Assembly (NCBI RefSeq): GCF_965279725.1
Contig: NZ_CBDIIL010000002.1
Coordinates: 147,804 to 211,803 of the forward strand
DNA from: Sphingopyxis sp.
GTDB lineage: Bacteria > Pseudomonadota > Alphaproteobacteria > Sphingomonadales > Sphingomonadaceae
Direction: 5' to 3'
DNA length: 64,000 nt
Shown: positions 58,754 to 64,000 of the stretch, piece by piece
Position numbering within the stretch: position 1 is the first letter of the stretch
How the letters are laid out: every line of letters begins with the position of its first letter
Translations under genes and position numbers: made by a program
Notes under the pieces: model-generated
The model's input: only the letters and a program-made list of their open reading frames with translations
Told to the model about the DNA's origin: nothing
Database searches by the model: none

Positions 58754-60310
58754 ATGTCAGTTGATCTGATTCGGTTTATCATTTTTGTTGCGATCCTGGG
58801 CGGACTGGTAATCGTCGCGCTGTCGGTCCCGGCGTTTCGGCCCTATCTGCGCAAGAATCCGATGATCACCTTCCTGCTCGGCATTTCGAGCGGGTTTCCG
58901 CTGACGTTGCTGGTCGCGACGATGACCTTCTGGCTGGCCAAGGTCGGAATCGATACCGCAACGATCGGCTTCGCGGTCGCGCTCGGCATTCCCTACACAC
59001 TGAAGTTTCTGTGGGCGCCGCTGGTTGACAAGCTGCCGCTGCCATTTCTGACAAAGACGTTCGGGCAACGGCGCGGTTGGCTGTTCTTCGTTCAGGCGTT
59101 GCTGTTCGTTGCGATCTGGCAACTCGGCGCCAGCGATCCCAAACCCGGTGATATCGGTCTGTTCGCGATATGGGGCCTGATCACTGCCTTCTTGTCGGCG
59201 ACGCAGGACATTGTCATTGACGCCTATCGCATCGAAATCCTCGAAGAAGACGAGTTCGCGCACGGCACCGCGACCAACCAGTTCGGCTATCGCACCGGCA
59301 ACCTGATCGCGGGCGCCGGCACGATCTATTTTGCGTCGAACGAAGGGTTGGGGCTGGGCTGGGCGACCGCTTATGGCCTGACCGCATTCTGCATCATTCC
59401 CGCGATCATCGGCGCGCTGTGGGCGGGGCCGGGAAAATTCGTCGATCGGTTCGAACATGCCAAGGGGATGAAGACCGGACAGTGGCTGACCGAAGCGGTC
59501 GTCAATCCGTTCCGCGAATTTTTGACCCGCCATGGCGCCTTTCTGATCCTCGGCTTCGTCCTCGTTTACAAAGTCGGCGACGCGATGGGGCAGGCGATGC
59601 TGGGGCCGATGATCGTCGATCTTGGCTTTGCCGATCTCGATTATATCTCGGCGAATAAGCTGTGGGGATTCGGGGCGCTGATCGTCGGTTCGGCACTGGG
59701 CGCGCCGTTCATCCTGTGGCTCGGCATGGGGCGGGCGCTGCTGATTTCGGGACTGATGATGATGTTGTCGAACATCATGTTCATGATCCTGGCGGCAACC
59801 GGCAACAATTACTGGATGCTGGTCGCGGCGATCGTCACCGAGAATATGACGAGCGGGATCGGGCTGACCGTGTTCACGACCTACCTCTCGGGACTGTCGA
59901 GCATCGCCTACACCGCGACGCAATTCGCCCTCCTGTCATCCTTTGCCGGGGTCGGGCGAACTTTCATGGCCGGTCCGGCGGGGATCGTTGCCGAGAAGAT
60001 CGGCTGGGTCGGTTTTTGGGGTTTTACGGTCGTCGCGGCGATCCCCGGGATGCTGCTGCTGTGGATTTTGTGGCACAAGGGCTATGTGGTCGAAAGCATC
60101 CGCCAGACCGGCGCGGTGGACGAACGCGAGCTCAAGCAACCGGTCGGCGCGTGGCGTGTCTTTGGCTTTGTGCTGATCGTTGCAGGACTGGTCGGCGTAT
60201 TGTTGTACAAGCAGCTTGAGCTTGGCACTCCGGTGCTTGCCGCGGCGCTGATCGCTTTCGTTGCCGGCGGGTTGCTGGCGTGGAAGGGCCAGGCGGCGAA
60301 GACGGCATAG
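58754..60310 (+). CDS. ampG: AmpG-family muropeptide permease (MFS)
   Basis: LGISSGFPL, KFLWAPLVD, RRGW, SATQDIVIDAYRIE, TQFALLSS. Confidence 0.88.
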   Translation: MSVDLIRFIIFVAILGGLVIVALSVPAFRPYLRKNPMITFLLGISSGFPLTLLVATMTFWLAKVGIDTATIGFAVALGIPYTLKFLWAPLVDKLPLPFLTKTFGQRRGWLFFVQALLFVAIWQLGASDPKPGDIGLFAIWGLITAFLSATQDIVIDAYRIEILEEDEFAHGTATNQFGYRTGNLIAGAGTIYFASNEGLGLGWATAYGLTAFCIIPAIIGALWAGPGKFVDRFEHAKGMKTGQWLTEAVVNPFREFLTRHGAFLILGFVLVYKVGDAMGQAMLGPMIVDLGFADLDYISANKLWGFGALIVGSALGAPFILWLGMGRALLISGLMMMLSNIMFMILAATGNNYWMLVAAIVTENMTSGIGLTVFTTYLSGLSSIAYTATQFALLSSFAGVGRTFMAGPAGIVAEKIGWVGFWGFTVVAAIPGMLLLWILWHKGYVVESIRQTGAVDERELKQPVGAWRVFGFVLIVAGLVGVLLYKQLELGTPVLAAALIAFVAGGLLAWKGQAAKTA

Positions 60311-60320
60311 GGGCGAGCGG

Positions 60321-61064
60321 ATGCATTGGTTCGTCATCTCGATCGCGTTGCAGTTGCTCTGCATTGTCCATGTGTTCCGCACCGGGCGCAACACCGCGTG
60401 GATCATGGCGATCGCATTCCTGCCGATGGTCGGCATCCTCGCCTATTTCATCGTCGAGATATTGCCCGGCATGTCGGGCGACCGGCGGGTGCGGCAGGCA
60501 CGATTGGCGATTTCCGATACGATCGATCCCGAACGCCGCGTCCGCGATGCGCAGGGCGCTGTGGAGTTCAGCGATACCGTCGGCAACCGGATGGAATATG
60601 GCGATGCGTTGATGGCGCGCGAGCGATACGACCAGGCGCTGGAACAGTTTCGGGTTGCCGAGCGCAAGTCGCCGTACGCCGACAAGGCGATCGGGATGCG
60701 AATTGCCGAGGCCGCCTATGAGACGGGGTTGGCGAAGGACGCGCTAGCGGCTCTCGATCGGCTGCCCGAGACGGGGTCGCAATCGGAACGCGACCGCCGC
60801 GACCTGCTCCGCGCCAAGGTGGCGGAGATCAATGGGAAAAGCGCCGACGCACTGACGCTGTATCGCAGCATCGTCGACCGGGTGCCGGGCGACGAGGTGC
60901 GATGCCGGATCGCGGCGATCCTGATCGCCGACGGCGACAAGGCCGGGGCGCGGGCGATGCTGAGCGAGGTCGAGATGCGCAAGAAGCGCACCCCGCCGGC
61001 GATGCTGAAGGCGAATGCAGCGATGTACGACTGGGCCAAGCGGATGCAGGCGGAGCTCGGGTGA
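60321..61064 (+). CDS. Membrane-anchored TPR protein (two N-terminal TM helices)
   Basis: WFVISIALQLLCIVHVFRTGR...WIMAIAFLPMVG.LAYFIVE followed by TPR-like helical repeats. Confidence 0.78.
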   Translation: MHWFVISIALQLLCIVHVFRTGRNTAWIMAIAFLPMVGILAYFIVEILPGMSGDRRVRQARLAISDTIDPERRVRDAQGAVEFSDTVGNRMEYGDALMARERYDQALEQFRVAERKSPYADKAIGMRIAEAAYETGLAKDALAALDRLPETGSQSERDRRDLLRAKVAEINGKSADALTLYRSIVDRVPGDEVRCRIAAILIADGDKAGARAMLSEVEMRKKRTPPAMLKANAAMYDWAKRMQAELG

Positions 61065-61091
61065 CAAGCGAGGATTAGTCGCAGCAAATTG

Positions 61092-61179
61092 CGACATGGC
61101 GAGCGGAGCGAAGCAATCTTCAGCTATCAAGGTTGGTAGCTGGAGATTGCCGCGTCGCCTTTGGCTCGTCGCAGTGACG
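61092..61179. repeat. Degenerate CGTCATTGCGAGCGAAGCGAAGCAATC-family element
   Basis: GCGAGCGGAGCGAAGCAATCT...GCTGGAGATTGCCGCGTCGC...GCAGTGACG, homologous to 62557-62652. Confidence 0.75.
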
Positions 61180-61181
61180 AT

Positions 61182-62531
61182 TTAGACCGGCCATTCCTCG
61201 TTGAGATCGAGCGCCTGCCCGACGAGGTAGAGCGAGCCGCCGATCAGGATGTTGGGCGCGGGATCGTCCGCCGCCAGCGCGCTGAGCGCCGATGGCAGGT
61301 CTTTGTGCGCCGATGTCTGGGCGATCCCGATCGTATCGGCGATACGCGCGAGGGCGGCGGGGCTGTGGTGCTCGTGGCCCGGGATCGGTACCGCGAGGAG
61401 GCGGCGGACATGCGGCGCGAGCATCGCGAGGAAGCCCGCGGCGTCCTTGTTCGCGAGCATGCCGAGGATGAGATCGACGGGTTCGTCGTGCGCCAGATCA
61501 TGCGCGAGGAAATCGGCGACCTGCCGCGCGGCGTCGAGATTGTGGCCGCCGTCGATCCACAGGCTGCACCCGGACGGCAGCGGCGCGGCGAGCGGCCCAT
61601 CGCCGAGCAACTGCATCCGTCCCGGCCAGAAGCTGTCGGCGACGCCGCGCGCGATGGCATCCTCCGACGGGTGTGGTCCGGGGGCGATACGGAGCATAGC
61701 GATCGCTAGCCCGGCGTTACGCATCTGGTGTGCGCCCGCCATGCGCGTGTGGAGCGGGCGGTCAATCGATCCGAACTTCGATTGCCAGCGGAAACTGTTA
61801 CCCTCGGGAATCACCGACCAGACGTCGTTTTCGGCGAAAGGAATGACGTCCGCCGCCGCGGCGCGCTCGCCGATGATATTGGCGAGCGGGAGCGGATAAT
61901 CGAGGCAAGCAAGCGCCGCGCCGCGTTTGACGATGCCCGCCTTTTCCCAAGCGATGCGGACGAAAGGGTCGTCGGGGGTGCCGACTTCGGGGGCGAGCAG
62001 AAAGCCTTCATGATCGATGCCGAGCGAGGCGATGCCGCAGACGGCGGGGGCGGGGATGATATTCGTCGCGTCAAGGCGGCCGCCTAGGCCTACTTCGATG
62101 ATGCAATCGTCGGCGGGGATGCGCGAAAAGGCGAGGAAGGCGGCGGCGGTGGTGACTTCGAAGAAGCTCGCCTGAAGGTCTTGCGCGACGTCGAGCACTT
62201 CTTCGAGGAGCGCGGCGAGTTGGTCGTTGTCGATCAGCGTGCCGGCGAGGCGGATGCGTTCGTTGAAGCGGACAAGGTGCGGGCTGGTGTAGTTGTGGAC
62301 GGTGCGGCCCTGCGCTTCGAGGATGGCGCGCAGATAGGCGCAAGTCGAGCCTTTGCCGTTGGTGCCGGCGACATGAAAAGTGCGCGGAAGCTTGTTCTGC
62401 GGGTTGCCGAGCCGGTCGCACAGTTCGGCGATGCGTTCGAGGCCGAGGATGTCGCGGCCCGGGGAGAGCGCGGTGAGGCGGTCGAGCTGGGTCTGGACTG
62501 CGGGGTTCGAGCTATGGGCGTGGTCGGGCAT
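61182..62531 (-). CDS. folC: Bifunctional folylpolyglutamate / dihydrofolate synthase
   Basis: HVAGTNGKGST, YTSPHLVRFNERI, EVGLGGRLDATN, WPGRMQ, IDGGHN. Confidence 0.95.
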   Translation of the reverse strand: MPDHAHSSNPAVQTQLDRLTALSPGRDILGLERIAELCDRLGNPQNKLPRTFHVAGTNGKGSTCAYLRAILEAQGRTVHNYTSPHLVRFNERIRLAGTLIDNDQLAALLEEVLDVAQDLQASFFEVTTAAAFLAFSRIPADDCIIEVGLGGRLDATNIIPAPAVCGIASLGIDHEGFLLAPEVGTPDDPFVRIAWEKAGIVKRGAALACLDYPLPLANIIGERAAAADVIPFAENDVWSVIPEGNSFRWQSKFGSIDRPLHTRMAGAHQMRNAGLAIAMLRIAPGPHPSEDAIARGVADSFWPGRMQLLGDGPLAAPLPSGCSLWIDGGHNLDAARQVADFLAHDLAHDEPVDLILGMLANKDAAGFLAMLAPHVRRLLAVPIPGHEHHSPAALARIADTIGIAQTSAHKDLPSALSALAADDPAPNILIGGSLYLVGQALDLNEEWPV

Positions 62532-62556
62532 AGGGGACGATACTTTACGGCGATGT

Positions 62557-62652
62557 CGTCATTGCGAGCGAAGCGAAGCAATCTCCAGCCCGCGGTCCAG
62601 CGCAAGGTTGATCGCTGGAGATTGCCGCGTCGCTTCGCTCCTCGCAATGACG
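62557..62652. repeat. CGTCATTGCGAGCGAAGCGAAGCAATC-family palindromic element
   Basis: Ends CGTCATTGCGAG / CTCGCAATGACG form a perfect 12-bp inverted repeat. Inner CAATCTCCAGC / GCTGGAGATTG forms an 11-bp inverted repeat. Confidence 0.9.
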
Positions 62653-62665
62653 ATGTTTTTGAACG

Positions 62666-63517
62666 TCAGGCCGCTTTCTCGGGCGCCAGATAACCGATGA
62701 GGCGCCCCAGCGTCTCGGGCAGGTCCTTGCGGTGAACGACCATGTCGATCATCCCGTGATCGAGCAGATATTCGGCGCGCTGGAAGCCTTCGGGGAGTTT
62801 CTCGCGGATCGTATTCTCGATCACGCGCTGGCCGGCGAAGCCGATCAACGCCTTGGGCTCGCTGATCTGGATGTCGCCAAGCATCGCATAGCTGGCGGTG
62901 ACGCCCCCCGTGGTCGGGTCGGTAAGCAGCACGATATAGGGCAGGCCGGCGCGGCGCAGCCGCGCGAGCGCTACCGTGGCGCGCGGCATCTGCATCAATG
63001 ACAGCGTACCTTCCTGCATCCGCGCGCCGCCCGCCGCGGTGATCGCGATATAGGGGGATCCGCGCTTGATCGCCTGCTCGACCCCAGCGACAAAGGCCTC
63101 ACCCACGGCGACGCCCATCGACCCGCCCATGAAGGCGAAATCCTGGACGCCGATGACAACACCCTGACCGTTGATCCGCCCGAAGGCGTTCTGGTAGGCA
63201 TCGCGGTCGCCGGTTGAAGCTCGCGCCGCCTTGATGCGGTCGACATATTTCTTGGTATCGCGGAATTTCAGGGGGTCTTCGGGCGCCGCCGGCGCCGCGA
63301 TCATTTCATGCAGTCCGCCGTCGAACAGCTGGGCGAAACGCTCGGTCGCGCCGATGCGATCGTGATGGTCGCAGCGCGGGCAGACGTTGAGATTGTCTTC
63401 CCACTCCTTGACGAACACCATCTGCTGACACTGGCGGCATTTGTGCCAGAGATTGTCGGCGGTATCACGCTTGGCGGTGAACGGCAGGGCGTTGCGAACG
63501 CGGTCGAGCCAGCTCAT
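62666..63517 (-). CDS. accD: Acetyl-CoA carboxylase carboxyltransferase beta
   Basis: LWHKCRQC...CPRCDHH zinc finger, [38 protein letters not shown]. Confidence 0.96.
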   Translation of the reverse strand: MSWLDRVRNALPFTAKRDTADNLWHKCRQCQQMVFVKEWEDNLNVCPRCDHHDRIGATERFAQLFDGGLHEMIAAPAAPEDPLKFRDTKKYVDRIKAARASTGDRDAYQNAFGRINGQGVVIGVQDFAFMGGSMGVAVGEAFVAGVEQAIKRGSPYIAITAAGGARMQEGTLSLMQMPRATVALARLRRAGLPYIVLLTDPTTGGVTASYAMLGDIQISEPKALIGFAGQRVIENTIREKLPEGFQRAEYLLDHGMIDMVVHRKDLPETLGRLIGYLAPEKAA

Positions 63518-64000
63518 GCGGCGATCTCCTTGGCGCCGTGGATAGCATCGGCAAGGCTGCGGGTGAAGGTTTCAATGTGGCGCGGCGCGTCGGCGCCATG
63601 CTGCGCGACGAGCTCAACCAGCGCTGAGCCGACGACGACGCCATCGGCGACGCGCGCGATATTCGCGGCCTGTTCGGGGGTGCGGACGCCAAAGCCGACC
63701 GCGATCGGCAGGTCGGTCTGGGTCCGCAGGCGGGCGACCGCCTCCTCAATGCTTGCCTGCGCCGCCTGTTGCAGCCCGGTGATCCCGGCGACGCTGACAT
63801 AATAGAGGAACCCGCCCGCGCCATCGAGCACGGCGGGCAGCCGCGCGGCGTCGGTGGTCGGGGTGGCGAGGCGAATCTGGTCCACCCCGGCGGCGCGCAG
63901 CGCGGGGCCAAGGCTGTCGTCTTCCTCGAACGGAATATCGACGCAGATGACGCCATCGACGCCCGCGTCCTTACACGCGGTGGCGAACCAGTCGGCCCCG
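63514..64000 (-). CDS. trpA: Tryptophan synthase alpha chain (3' part only; gene runs off the window edge)
   Basis: [50 protein letters not shown] overlap with accD. Confidence 0.95.
   Translation of the reverse strand, partial: GADWFATACKDAGVDGVICVDIPFEEDDSLGPALRAAGVDQIRLATPTTDAARLPAVLDGAGGFLYYVSVAGITGLQQAAQASIEEAVARLRTQTDLPIAVGFGVRTPEQAANIARVADGVVVGSALVELVAQHGADAPRHIETFTRSLADAIHGAKEIAA

Overview
A GC-rich alphaproteobacterial chromosome segment, most consistent with a Sphingomonadaceae (Sphingopyxis-like) genome; this is inferred from gene content and repeat families. It carries about 60 mostly housekeeping or metabolic CDS (galE, folK, rppH, korAB, photolyase, cfa, purF, hisI, a leucine-catabolism cluster, cysK, rsmB, uvrD, rsmD, rluB, ampG, folC, accD, trpA) and two tRNAs, Lys(UUU) and Ala(CGC). 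I found no CRISPR array, integrase or recognisable IS transposase. Five things stand out. (1) A translationally coupled gene pair at 40065-43012: TIR-TM-SH3b-YARHG, then TPR-SLOG-like-class III nucleotide cyclase with non-canonical specificity residues. A hairpin buries the ribosome-binding site just upstream. This is a candidate envelope-sensing NAD+/cyclic-nucleotide signalling or defence system. (2) A 492-bp cassette holding a DUF559 (Vsr-like) nuclease between 47-bp double-hairpin inverted repeats, inserted inside the liu operon; the repeats supply the Shine-Dalgarno sequences. (3) MaoC and CitE sit where LiuC and LiuE are expected, and maoC carries a 1-nt frameshift. (4) Several families of REP-like palindromic elements occur in intergenic gaps. 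(5) There are clear LiuR, LysR and EcfG-type regulatory motifs. All domain calls come from motif recognition by eye; no database search was run.
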